Shown here in pieces: positions 1-12,503 of a stretch of DNA of 64,000 nucleotides. The DNA lies in contig CM052817.1 in NCBI GenBank assembly GCA_028534125.1, forward strand, positions 48,176,001 through 48,240,000, written 5' to 3'. This DNA is from Lama glama (Eukaryota). The translations under genes and the position numbers were made by a program. Under the pieces are notes generated by a model, which was not told the origin of the DNA, did not search any database, and was given only the letters and a program-made list of their open reading frames with translations. Every line of letters begins with the position of its first letter. The stretch's first letter is position 1.

Positions 1-3000
1 AACTTGGCTTACAATTTCATTTGGGATACAATCCCATGTAAGTGAACTGGACTACACACCCACTGCAGTCTTCTCTTCCAAAATTTATACTTCAGTTTTC
101 CAGGATCACAAGATTTCTTTTTTTTTTTTTGCTTGTTCTTCTGTCAATCAATCACCACTTGCAAGCCTCTTCAAAAGAGAGTTACTAATATGGGGTTTAA
201 TTGAAGAGTCTTCAACATGCTTTCTGGTTTTTTTTTTCCAACCAAGCAGTATAAACTGCAATATTTGCATTAGTCAGAGCACTTGATTGGAAACATTTAT
301 TAATAAGAACATTCACCAGTAAATAGCATGAACTAGGAACATTTTATCTCTTTAAGAACACCCCTATAACCTAAATATTATTATCTCTGTATTCATCAAT
401 AAAACATGTTCAAGGAGGTTCCATACCTTACCCAAATCACAAGATCTAGTCATGAGGGAATCTAAGACTTGGAATGCAGTTCTGTAGATCTGACTGACTA
501 TAAAGTCCACACTCATTTTACTATAATGTGCTCCCCACTTCCTGCCTATCTCTACTGTATTTCTTAACACAGGGCACCCTTCAAGGGCCCATGAGCCATA
601 TCTCAAAACATATCTAGCCAATGACATAAACTCTTTGAAAGTGAGTCATGTTAGGATCTTGATAATAACAATGTTTATTTTTCTCTTTTTAAGTAACCAA
701 GTATTATATATTACCAAATGCCTTTCAAGGAGTGCTAAACTTTTCCTACACTAAGCTTGAGATCGAGCCATTATTCCTTTACTTTTCAACAAGCCATCCA
801 TTTTGCTCTTTTTAATTTATTTTCCTCTGATTATGAATGGCTTTTAAGAGCTGTCTAAACTCATTCCAGAGCTCAAACAACTTAGCCCATAAACTTGTCA
901 CTTTTAACTTTGGGGGTTACAGATCTGTTTGAGAGTCAGATGAAATGTGTACAAACATATAGAAGCAGAGTTTTGTATAAAGTGAATGTGCAATTGCTTT
1001 GGAAAATGATTTTCTTCAAACTCATCAAATGACTTTCGAAAAACATAAAAAAGATATTGACTCCAGGAAGTAAACTAACCTTCTAGGGTTGCATGTGCCT
1101 AACCTCAGTGATGGGTGTACCCTGGAAAGTAAGAATAAAACCAACTAACAGCACATATGCGCACCTTCATAAAATCTTAGAAGATTAAAAAAAAGTATCC
1201 CATGAAAATTAGCATAAGAGCCTTACAATCTTTAAGATTATCTAACTCTCAGGGGTCAATAAATGCTTACAATAATTCAGTACATTAGATGAATAAGTGC
1301 CTTTCCATTTTACAGCCCTGTCTAGAGAACTTTAAAAACACATGTGACCTGTGTTTTAAAACAGCCTGTCCCACCATGAAGACCAGCTGACCACTCTGCT
1401 TTACGGACTCATTTCCCTGATCTCCACCACAGTGCAATATGTCAGGCAGATGTTTCGAGGTGCATCACTTAGCAACATATTCAGTTCCAGTTAAAAACAT
1501 TTGCAGGGCTACATTACAAATGCTTGCAAATAGAGTTATTCGCTAAGGTCCAGAAATGTTCAGAGAGAGGATTTTCTTCTCTACTTCAAGTGCAGCAACT
1601 CTTGTTTCAAAAGTAAGGCTGCTGGCGAAGAAACTGAAGCCCAGAGGATGACATGCTGTCAAAACAATCTGCAAACGTTTATTTTGCTGCCACAGTTCAG
1701 TTGAAACCAGTTCCTAGTGCGATACTGACACTGCTATAATGTTGATTCATGCTTTTGTGTCTTCAAAAATTAATAACCGTAACTTTTGTGTTTTAAATGG
1801 TTTGGAATTGCCAGCAGTATGCTACCTCCAACTGGCTCTAATAAAGCAGTTCATGATTTAACTTATTCTCAAAAGCACAAAGGCATCTCTCTCTGAAGTT
1901 CTGGGTTCTCACTGGTTTCTCAAGCAACAAAGTGAAGCTAAAACCTTACCACCATCCTTTGTGCACAAGAAGTGGTTAAAGAGAACTGCAGAGTCCTCTG
2001 TGAAGAAGTCAAAACTGAGACTCTAAACTGTGTACTTTACGTTGAAAATGTCTATGCTAGGCTCCTTAAATCATCCATGTTACAAACCTTTAGTATAATG
2101 TGCACGTTCTTCAGAACTTTTATCAGAATGAGCACCTGGATCACCCAGCCTCAAAATACCTCTGTAAATCTCCACGCTTTGTCTTTCAACTCTAAAGACG
2201 CTGATGGATTTTGCACTTACAGTTAATAAATTTATGTTTAATATTTTTTAATATTTAAATATTTTTAATAATTTTTAAATATTTCTTCCAAATATTCAAG
2301 TAAAAGTGATGCTTCAGGCAAGTATTATATATTTATCCTGTACCCCATACCACTCAACCCTGGGAGCATCGGAAGCCCCGTCTGAGAAGGAAGTCTTCTC
2401 TGTGTCCATTGAAGAGGGTTTGAATCGATGTTTACACCATGGCTTTGCAATGGCTCCACATGCATCCAGGTGACTGTGACCAACTCTTACCCATTGTTTT
2501 CAGTTTCTCATCATAACCAAACTGACTATGATAAAGTAACATAATGACTGTTCAAAATCTTTTGTCAATGTTTGTTTTCCCAGGAAACCTAACTCAAGCC
2601 CAAGTCCTTATACAGCTCAGAACACATATGTGCCTTCTCAGTCTTGATGAAGTGTGATTTTGGACAAGTCAGCTTTGCCTAAATCTATGATATTTACACA
2701 GGTTTTAGGTTTGATGCTGTTAAACACAGAATAGAGAGAAAAACAAAGAATTCCATGGGATAGGGAGGAACCTAGAAAGTCAGCCAAATTTCCAGTCTCT
2801 CAAGATTCGGATAGTCATCGTTTGGCTTGATAATTTTAAAAATTCCAAGAAAATCAAGCATACTGTTATTTAATATGTTTGGCTTGTTCAATCTCCCTTT
2901 CATAGTGTGGATAACTAAGGGTTGACCATGAATATGCAAAGTATCTGTTAGTCTGTGATCCAGTCAGGCAGACTATTGATCCACTCATATTTGTAATGAG

Positions 3001-3144
3001 TTTCCATGTGCTCATGTACATACCACACACACGTGATGCGTATACTCATCTACACGCTGTAGTGCTTTGAGTGGGCTCGCATCCCACGAGGGAAAAACTC
3101 AGGCATAAACAGACAATTATAGTTATTGTGTTAAGAGCTTTTTG

Positions 3145-3520
3145 ATTTATTCATTCATCCAATCGACACTTAATAAACTGACTGTGAACTGAGCCCCTCC
3201 TCAGCACTGTGCTACAGGCTATAACAGAATAATGTTGGTTTTCTTTTTCCTTAAACCATTTGGGAAGCCTACAGGTCAGTGTGACTGGGGCACAGAGCAC
3301 GACAACGTGGTAAGAGAAGAAATACGAGACTATAAAAAAAGATATGAGATAAGTCATGAATGGCCCTGTACACCCTGATAAGGCATCTAGACTTTATCCT
3401 GTGGTACCAACAGGGAAGTACTGAGGGGCTCAAGCAGGGAGTGGCAAAAGCAGGTGGGCATTTTAGAAAGCTGTTTAGGGCCGTGCTGTAGTTGGTGGGG
3501 TGGAGGAGGGAGGGTACTTG
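3145..3520 (-). mobile_element. L2 LINE fragment (3' end)
   Basis: ttattcattcatccaa...cagcactgtgcta and gactttatcctgtgg...gggaagtactgagggg resemble the reverse-complemented L2 3' region. Confidence 0.55.
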
Positions 3521-3564
3521 GCAGGTCTTATCACAATGAACACATCTATAAAGCTGTGATAAGG

Positions 3565-3890
3565 GACACAAATGAACCTATTGACAAAACAGAAATAGAC
3601 TCACAAACACAGAAAACAAACTTAATGGTTAACAAAGGGGCAAGGGTGGGGAGAGGGATACATTAGGAGTTTGGGATAAACATATACACACTACTATCTA
3701 TAAAACAGATAGCCAACAAGGACCTACTGTACAGCACAGGGAACTGTATCCCACACCTTGTAGTAACCTATAATGGCAAAGAATCTGAAAACAAATAGTT
3801 ATCTATGTATAGCCTAATCACTTTGCTGGACACCTGAGACTAATATTGTAAATCAGCTATACTTCAATAAAAACACATGTAATTTATTTT
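3565..3890 (+). mobile_element. 5'-truncated L1 3' UTR, cetartiodactyl type
   Basis: gacacaaatgaacc...aacagaaatagactcaca...aacaaggacctactgtacagcacagggaact...acttcaataaaaa; homologous to the copies at 21454, 34962 and 63940. Confidence 0.85.
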
Positions 3891-4416
3891 AAAAATTATG
3901 AAAAGGAGTTGTGGACACCTATTCAAGTTGAGAGCTTTTTGCATCTCAGTATCTGTGTTCTCTTAGCCGCGCACACCTTAAGAATGTAGCTGTCTGCTTC
4001 TGTTTGTTTCTAAGAACTTAACAATCTGTGGTTAAGCAACTTGCTTCAGCAGTGTACTCGGCATTTCTTTCGCTAATCTGTTCATATATGCTCTGCTCAA
4101 CTTATCAGATAACATCTGATAAGCTTACCTAATTTTCATCCACACTCTTCACCAACCTAAAAAATCTCAACTAATTTGTGTAAGTCCAGCTATAAAGCAT
4201 TTCCTGCTCTAGTCAGACAACAGTGGTGCTGCTTCCCGTGCTGAAGGCTTAGTCAGGCAACGCAAAACTCACAGACTTCCATCTTCTCAGCTACCTTTGC
4301 CTCTGCTCCCCACTCCTAACCCTTGGTAACCAGTTACTCTGACATATCTTTAAGTGCTTTTTCCAACTGTCAAATGCAAAATCTAAAGTAGACATTTAGT
4401 CAAGACAACACCTGAG

Positions 4417-4750
4417 CACAAGGGAGTTTTAGGGCAATGAAATTATTCTGTATGATAATTATACTGGTGGCTTATACCGGTGGCTACATGTCATTATGCA
4501 TTTGTCAAAACCCACAGAATGTACAACATCAAGAGTGAACCCTAATGTAAACTATGGACTTTGGTTGATAATAATGTGTCCGTGTTGGTTCATAGATTGT
4601 ACCAAATATGTCACATTAATGAGGGATGTTGAGGGTATGGACGTTTGTATGTGTGGGTGGGGAGGGCTATGTGCAAGCTCTGTATTTTCTGCTCAATTCT
4701 ATTGTGAACCTGAAATGCTCTAAAAAAATGTGTCTATTTGAAAAAAAAAA
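4417..4750 (+). mobile_element. L1MC-type 3' end with poly(A) tail and perfect 15-bp TSD
   Basis: ttgtcaaaacccacagaatgtacaacatcaagagtgaaccctaatgtaaactatggactttgg is typical of L1MC 3' UTRs. A-tail at 4741-4752; TSD aagacaacacctgag at 4402-4416 and 4751-4765. Confidence 0.9.
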
Positions 4751-4767
4751 AAGACAACACCTGAGTT

Positions 4768-4935
4768 GTGTCTTCCAAACAGGCCTGATCATCAGATTCC
4801 CCTGAGGTGATTAAAAACACAGATTACCCAGTTCCTGAATCTCAGTGGGGCTGAGGAGAGAGGCGAGTCAGTAATCTGTATTTTTAACAGACTGAGATGC
4901 CCTGGGTAAAGTTATGAATTAGGTTTGGTAAACCC
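4768..4935. mobile_element. MER5-like hAT-Charlie DNA transposon remnant
   Basis: catcagattcccctgagg...aaaacacagatt...aatctgtatttttaaca motifs typical of MER5A/B. Confidence 0.55.
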
Positions 4936-5554
4936 AAGATCGAAGCTACCTTAATGAGCGCCTTATAATTAAAGAAGAATTAAGCACATATTTTTCTCTT
5001 AAATACTTTAATGAAACTTAAGCAATCACTTTAAGTAATTGCCACCCATTTAATATTTACTGAAACAGTTTACAATTAATTCACATGCCATTTCTAAACG
5101 CTTCAGGCTTACTTGGCTTTCCTGCTGCACATTAAACAGTTTGTTAACTATTAATACGGAGTGAAGAAAAATCAGAATCTGGAGGTCATTTTACCAGTTA
5201 AAGAGGCCGCCAAGAAGCATGATTTGTAATTAGCAAAACACATGTGAGCTCCCTGTGTCATTAACTAGGACCTTATGATCAGTGCTTTAAAGCAAGAGCA
5301 GGCCCTGAATAAACAACTTGCTTCCTAAAATAAGTCACTTTCCCATTTTCCCCCCATCAATCACAAAATATACAGGAAAATACTACTTTTGCAAGTAACA
5401 ATGAGTAGTTGTGAAATGGCATTATACATAAGTGAACTAAGGGCAAAGACACGTGTAAACGAAACACAAAAATTGCTATTAACTATTAAGTGATTACTAT
5501 TCTTAATACTTAGTCCGCATTCTCAGTCCTCTGCATTTAACTTTTTTCCATTTA

Positions 5555-5700
5555 ATAACATGAGGTGCCATTATTATCTTATTTTATAGATGAGGAGACT
5601 GAGGCACGGAGCAGTTAAGTAACCTGCCCAAGGTCACCCAGCCAATAAGTAGCAGAGGCAGGAAGTGAAATGAGAGTCTGTGCTTTTAACCACCCCAGTG
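5555..5700 (-). mobile_element. MIR SINE
   Basis: attttatagatgaggagactgaggcacggagcagttaagtaacctgcccaaggtcac is the reverse complement of the MIR core. Confidence 0.85.
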
Positions 5701-5944
5701 TACCAATGAAAAAGAACTAGGGCTTAAGCTGTGTTTGAGGGAGGTGGAGGAACTATGACCACAAACATAGGAAGCAACAGATCTTCAAACCAAGTCAGGC
5801 TTGCAGATCAGTGTCCAATTCACTACTGAGGTCCTACTATGTTAGGCACTGCACTCAGCACTTGGGAAACATTAATACAAAGATGAAAGAGACATAATTC
5901 CTTCTCATCCTCACTTCTTAATTTAACTGGCAACACTTTTATAA

Positions 5945-6215
5945 AGCCTTCCCTGATTCAAGACAGAATTAACCACTGTCTTCTGGACGTGTGCAAAGTA
6001 CTGCGTGTCTCTCCAGCACTGTGATATCACTTTTAATGCTGCATTATAATGAGGTCTTCCCATGTCTGCCGTTCCTCCTTTCAGGCTGTAAATTCCATGG
6101 CCCGTGCTGGGAACAGGGATCACGTCTCAGCTCCTTCTCCAGGACCTAGACCCCTAGCATGGTGTGCCTCAGCATACTGCTGTCTCTCAATAGATGTCTG
6201 ATAAATGAATGAACA
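5945..6215 (+). mobile_element. L2 LINE 3' end
   Basis: Ends ...ctcaatagatgtctgataaatgaatgaa, the typical L2 terminus. Confidence 0.6.
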
Positions 6216-6664
6216 AAGGAAACAGAGAAAGGGGGACACAGAAGTGTAATAACCTGCTCTAAGAGTCACAGGATGCTAGTAGAGTTTGTATATTCGGCCC
6301 TAGTGCAACATTCTGCTAGTCTTCTCTTTTGCTACAACTGCATGATTTAACACTTTATCATACATCATGAAACAATATAAAATTGGTTCACATTTCACCT
6401 TTATGCTTCAACTCTCATTTAACACAGTAAACCCTTGTAAGCAGGGGCCAGGGCACGCCTCCCTTACCGTGTCAGACCGCGCTAAAGGCTTGCATACCTG
6501 CAGTTTAATTTGCAGAAGAGCCCTCTGAAATCACTCGTTCTAAAAATGAAGGTTTAGAGAAGTCAAATCATTTGCCCACAAGGTTACACAGTTAGTGAGA
6601 GACACAACTGGGACTTTAATTCCAAATCCCACACTAGTAACCACTGTCCTCTTTCTGTGCTCTC

Positions 6665-7205
6665 AAAGATCGAAATCCCAGCTCCACCATCTACTAGTTA
6701 TGTGACCCTGGGGAGATTAACTTTTCTGAGCCCCATTTCTTTCCAACTTTATAGAGATATAATTGACATATAACATTGCATAAGTTCAAGGTGTAAAACA
6801 TGAAGATTTGACACAAGTATATATTACAGTGGTTATTACGATGATGATTACCACAAGGTTTGTTAATATCTCCATCCCCTCACACTACTGTGTGTGTGTG
6901 TGGTGAGAACACTTAAGGTCTGCCCTTTTGGCAACTTCCAAGTATATAATACTGTATTGTTAACTACAGTCACTACACCATATCTCTGGAACTTACTCAT
7001 TTCAAAACTGGAAGTCTGTACCCTTTGACCAACATCTCAGCTCCTGATACCCACCATCTTACTCTCTATTTCTAAGAATTCATGAGCCTCATATTTTATC
7101 ATCTGGGAGGTGAATGATTGAAATTTACAGCAATGACAGAAGGATTTAATGAGAAAATAAGTGCACGTTGGCAGTCACATAGAAGGTATTCAATAAATAT
7201 GTATT
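6665..7205 (+). mobile_element. MIR split in two by an L1 insertion (halves ~6665-6740 and ~7082-7205)
   Basis: aatcccagctccaccatctactagttatgtgaccctggg...tgagcccc resumes as tgagcctc...atctg...ggatttaatgag...attcaataaatat after the L1. Confidence 0.7.
6741..7081 (-). mobile_element. L1MA-type 3' end nested in a MIR
   Basis: tttatagagatataattgacatataacattg...tgtgtggtgagaacacttaag...ccctttgaccaacatctc is a reverse-complemented L1MA 3' UTR. Degenerate TSD tgagccccatttct / tgagcctcatattt. Confidence 0.85.
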
Positions 7206-7304
7206 GATAAGCCCACTGAATAATCAGACTCTCTTCAGCAATTCAGCAAATTTGTTAACAATCAATTTAGATAATAAAACTTCTGTTAAATGCTATGCCA
7301 TAAA

Positions 7305-7518
7305 AACAACTATGTTGGTTGAAAGTGTCTAAGAGAACAGATTCTAAAAATTCTAATCACAAGAACAAATTTTTTGCAACTCTATGAAGTAATGGATGTT
7401 AACTGAAGTTCCTGTGGTGATCATTTCACAGTATATATGTATGTCAAGTCATTATGCTGGACTGCAAACTTACAGTGTTGTATGACAATTACATCTCAGG
7501 AAAACCGGGGGAAAAAAA
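7305..7518 (+). mobile_element. L1MA-type 3' end
   Basis: tgtggtgatcatttcacagtatatatgtatgtcaagtcattatg...tgtatgacaattacatctc...gaaaaaaa. Confidence 0.8.
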
Positions 7519-7854
7519 TTTTGTAAAGACACCTAGGTTGCAAGTTCTCTCCCAACTGATGGAGTTCCAAGAGTTCCATAAAATTAAAAGCAGATGTGAA
7601 AGGAAGATGCTACAGCCGATAGGGATCTCTATAGGTTAACATTCTTCTACAACACCTTTCTACTATCCCGGTTAGTAGGTATGGACTCTAAAACACAAAG
7701 GCAAGAACCGTGACCCGGGTGGCTCTGGAATCAGGCAATCTGGGCCCTGCGCACTGCGCTCGCTTAATCACAGCTGCCTCGCTCCCACACTAAGGTGTGG
7801 TCCTTTTCCTAAAAACACTTCCAGACTGAAGCACAAACTTTCTGTCCAGTAAAG

Positions 7855-8050
7855 GAAGGATTCAGAAGACCTAACTTCAGATTCAGGCTCTGCCACATAC
7901 CGGCGCCATGCATCAGGCCAAAGTCTTCTCTCCAGTGGAACAGGAATGAAACGCTTTCTCATAGGACTGCTGTGGGGGTTAAGTGAGACAACACGTAGGA
8001 ACGGACCCAGCACAGAGCCAAGAATGCAACAGGCACCCGACAGACACTGA
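7855..8050 (+). mobile_element. MIR SINE
   Basis: ttcagattcaggctctgccac...ctcataggactgctgtgggggttaagtgagacaacacgt. Confidence 0.65.
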
Positions 8051-11000
8051 TGGAAAAGAAGCTGGAGCTCATGAGATGCCGCAAAGCAAAGTGCTGGCGC
8101 CCCTTTTCCTGCAAGTACTTAAACACAGCAAGGAAGGGAAGGAGAGAGGAAGGGAGTGGGGAGAGAGGAACAGGGGATGGACAAGAAGGGGAAACAGAAG
8201 AAGAAGAGGGAGGGGAGGAAAGAAAAGGAGATAAAACACCTATCTGGGCTGTTACAGCTGCAACTCTGTTGAGAAAGTGCAGGCAGGCTTCGAATCCACA
8301 GTCTTGTGATTCTGATCCTGGATTACAATGCTAACCTAGGGCCTCCTGTTTTATTTTTTCTGCTAAGAGGAACAGAAATTGTGATTCCTAATCAAAAAAA
8401 ATCAACAAGTAAGATGGGAAGGGTCATAATAGATACTTTTCATCCATGTCTACCAGAAGAGTTGTTGTTTCAAGCGATGATCCATGGGAAAGACATCAGG
8501 AGACCAAAAAATGCCTTTAAGTCTGAGCAACAAAGTCGTCTGCAGCCATTCTGACAGCACAACAGAGAATGTGAGAAACACTAATAGGCATGTTGCATTG
8601 CTGCGAGATGGAACTGACAACTGTGCCAGTGCCATTTGGGCTAAATCTTACTACAAACAACCAATCTGCTCTTCTTTACTCCCAAAGAAGCATTACATGA
8701 ATAACTTATCGACTGCCCCCTATCCCATCTTAACATTTCTCTCTCCCTCCCTTCTTCTGTTAAACCCTCAGATTTATATCTGTAATGTGCTTTAAGTTCA
8801 TGAGATGCACCACTGGAGATCACTACCACATTCACAGCAGAGATTAAAACCGAGGGAAACGAGATCTGATGGAAAGCACTTAAGAGAGAGAAAAAGATGG
8901 GCATAGCCTGATTTTTAGACTTTTCTTTTTGGCAGATGGAAAACCTCATTTATCATAAAATGTAATTGTAGACCCCAGAAAAATGATTACTGCAATAAGT
9001 GAGAAAGTTGAAGGAAACATGATGGGAGTTTGAATAACAATCTATCTAAAATCCATTTACCAAAATCTATGCTTGGATAAAGTATGTGGTGTTTTTCCAT
9101 CTCCAAAATACTCTATTTATCCTAACATGGCACCATCCTCCTTTCCCATACAGTTACAAAGTCCCAATCTTGGTGCTTCCTAAGGGTCATACAATGAAGG
9201 CTACCACTGAAGGTCACCACTGAAATACACGTGTCCTGCCTCGGAACAGGATGACAAAAACTATGCATTGAACTACCTTCCAGTATCTCAGCAGATCTGG
9301 AGGTGGAGAAACAAAGAGCCAGGAGTCAGCGGTGCAGGCAGGACACATCAAGGAGAGTGAGCTACAGGCAACGAGTGAGGGTCAAGACCCGCTGGCCCGC
9401 GTCCACACGTTCCCTTTGCAACAGAGTTTGCTGCCTTACATCTTCAAGGGTAATTTTCATTGATAAATTCATTTCATTCTTACCCTCACACTCGGTGGAA
9501 TGAATCAAACAATCATTGTGGTCACAGAGAAAAATCACAGAATTTGAGATCTGGAAAGGACCTTAGAAATTATATAGAAATATCATTTTATAAACAAGAA
9601 AACAAGTTCAGAGACATTAAGGGAAACATGCATGTTCAGCAAGTTTTTTTAGGTATTCCTTTCAGCATGTTTCTCTTTCTGCCACTACAACACACTTTAA
9701 AAATAACTGGGTTGTTTCTGAAGTCTTTAAATATTTCCTTGGCCAAGACTGAAAAAAACATGACCATTATTTCCAAACCCCCAATACTAAATACGCAGCT
9801 CTAAACTCAAATACATGCCTCTTCCCCATGTCTACAAAAATCACTCTTACTTTAAAACTGAAATAACATGGCATCTTACTGAGCTATACCATCTTTTGCA
9901 ATACAACAAAAGCATCAAACACCAAATATAGAAAACAAAACTGGGAATGTGTCAGACTTATCATGGTGTTATTCATTTCCTCAGCACCTGTCTCCAAATG
10001 CCCTATTTCCTATGGCCAAGACAACAGGGAGGCTGGTCGGCGGCCAGTTGGCTGAAGTCACATATCCTTCCGCCTCATGGCCTCACGGATAGCAAAAATG
10101 AATATCCTAACTTGGCTAATTCAACAGCTCGCTCAAACCCAGAACAAAACTTTTCTTTGGAATTATAAATCATGTTCAAATTATACATATCTAGATGTGT
10201 GAGATGTCCTGTTACCAAAAAAAAAAAAAGATGTTATAAGAATAAACATAATAGCTAGACTAATAAATAAAAATTTGCTAAGATTTCACTGACGTTGAAC
10301 CCCAGAGAACATTTTTAGCAGAGAAGTTTCTCATGGAAAGAACAAGCAAATAAATTGAAGATGAAGCTAAAAAATTAAACGAAACTGGCCACTTATCCAT
10401 GAGGCTAGATGGAAGAAAATCAAGTCCCACCTGAGAAACAGAAGCCTTTCTACAAACACAGAACCGACTTATCTCTGAACCGGAACTGTTTCCTGCTGAC
10501 ACCTTCTAACCTGAAGATGGCCCCAGCGTCCAACTGAGGAGACACATTTTCCAAGATGTGAACCTCACCTTCAGAAGTTCTGAACCATCCTTCCTACGCT
10601 GTTTACTGTGTAACCGAAGGACTCTCACTTTCACCGAAACAGCTAGGTAATTTCCCTTAAAAGCGTCATACACATCTGACAATATTTGGGCATTTGGTGA
10701 CTCACAAAATCACTGTTCTGAAAGTTGATAAATGCTACTCTTAAGGATCAAAGTATAAAGCACTATTAACCTGAAAGGTTGAACTTAATCCTTCAAAACA
10801 GTCCATCACCAACCTTTGTGGAAACTAAGCCTTTATTGACCTCTGTTCTCTGCCTCCTCTCTCCACCCAAGGCTGCCTGCAGAGCCGCAGGAGGAAAACA
10901 GCACACCTGTGACGTTCACGCCTCACCAGCAGCCCGTCCATGAGTGCACCTCTTGACCACCAGAGTAAGGTATTTCAAATGTATGTCTCCTCTGGGATTA

Positions 11001-11064
11001 AGATGGCTCATGAGGCACTCATTACTAATGTTGGATTACACTAGAGAGAATAAATTTAAATAGT

Positions 11065-11275
11065 AACAACAATTAACAATTGTGTGGCAGTTTATAGTCC
11101 CCAGAAGGCTTCTAAATATTTTACCTCATTTGAGGCTCCCAAGTCCTAACCAAGATGGGGAGGAGAGAGATGGAAACAGAGCCTTAGCAGGTCACAGGGC
11201 TATTAAGTGACAGAAGCGGAAGTTGAACCCAGGTCTTCTGATTTCAAATACTATGATACTGAGCTCTCCTTCCAC
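11065..11275 (-). mobile_element. MIR SINE
   Basis: cctcatttgaggctc...ggtcacagggctattaagtgacagaagcggaagttgaacccaggtcttctgatttcaa. Confidence 0.65.
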
Positions 11276-12332
11276 TGTGGCATCAGAAACTATTGCATTG
11301 GTGAATTTAAAACTGTATATATCTATGCAGCAAACCTGATAGACGTGAGGCTAAGTAATGATCTACGGAAACAACCACACGTGAGAAAACAAAGAGTAAG
11401 CAAGTTTTTAACGATCAACGTGCGATATGATTTTGCAGAGAAGGCCTGTGATGCTACAGGGGCAGCTCCAGGATTCAGGGATGATAATGAGGTCCACGAG
11501 CTAAAGCAGCGCCGAGTGTCTACCTGGAGCCACAGATCCTTTCCAGGATGCTGACGGTTTACAGTACAGGGGCTGCAGTGGCGTGCCTCTGGGCAGGGCA
11601 CAGTTAATGCAGATTCTTCAAGGACTCTGTCCCACGGCCAAGTCTCTAGCTGAGTTTTACAAGGACCTCTTTGTCTTGGGCCCCCTCCCGACACATGGGA
11701 AACCTCAGAACGTCTCTTGCCACCAAGTGCAACTAAGCTGAGCCACTTGGTATTACTGGCTCTCAAGGGTGGCCAGCTAGTTGAGCCAAGACATATTTCC
11801 AATATTTCTCAGTCCTGTGAACAACCTATACTTTGTAAGAGCTTGTCTTTTATCTTTAATAAAAGATCAGGGGGTATTTTTTTTCCAATAATACTTTAAA
11901 ATCCAGATAATTTGAGAGAACAAAGTGATATCCAATGGAGAATAATTTCTTATTTTCTGTCCTTTATTTCCTATTACTCAGCCAATATGACAAACAGATA
12001 TATCTGTGGAAATGACATATCTGTAAGTACAGAATACTTCTCCCTTTCAACCTGAGAAAGCAGATCTTTAAGTATGTGTAATAAGTGGAGAATTATTTGA
12101 AATCACCAACTCCAAGATATGCCAAACACACAGAAGAAACACAATCTTTTTAAACTAGGACAATATTAAAGAGACAATACAGATAATAAGTAGGAATAAT
12201 CAAATCATACTTCAGTTTTCCCACATCCTTTTTTGATGTTTAAAAGATGATGATTTAGTCCAGTGTATCTAAAAGTAACTTATGGCCCCCAAACAGACAA
12301 TACATCCAACTCTGAATAAAAATAAACCCAAG

Positions 12333-12503
12333 AGGAGAAGGGAAATAATTCAGTGGTAGAGCACATGCTTAGCATATACAATGTCCTGGGTTCAATCCAG
12401 TGTCTCCATTAAAAAGAAGAAGAAGAAGAAGGAGGAGGAGGAGGAGGGGGAGGAGGAGGAGGGGGAGGGGGGAGGAGGAGGAAGAGGAGAAAAAAAAGAC
12501 TCA
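12333..12503 (+). mobile_element. Vic-1-type tRNA-derived SINE with expanded purine tail
   Basis: A box aattcagtggtagagc, B box gggttcaatcc; tail (AAG)n(GAG)n. TSD aaaaataaacccaag (12318-12332) / aaaaattaccccaag (12504-12518). Confidence 0.85.
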
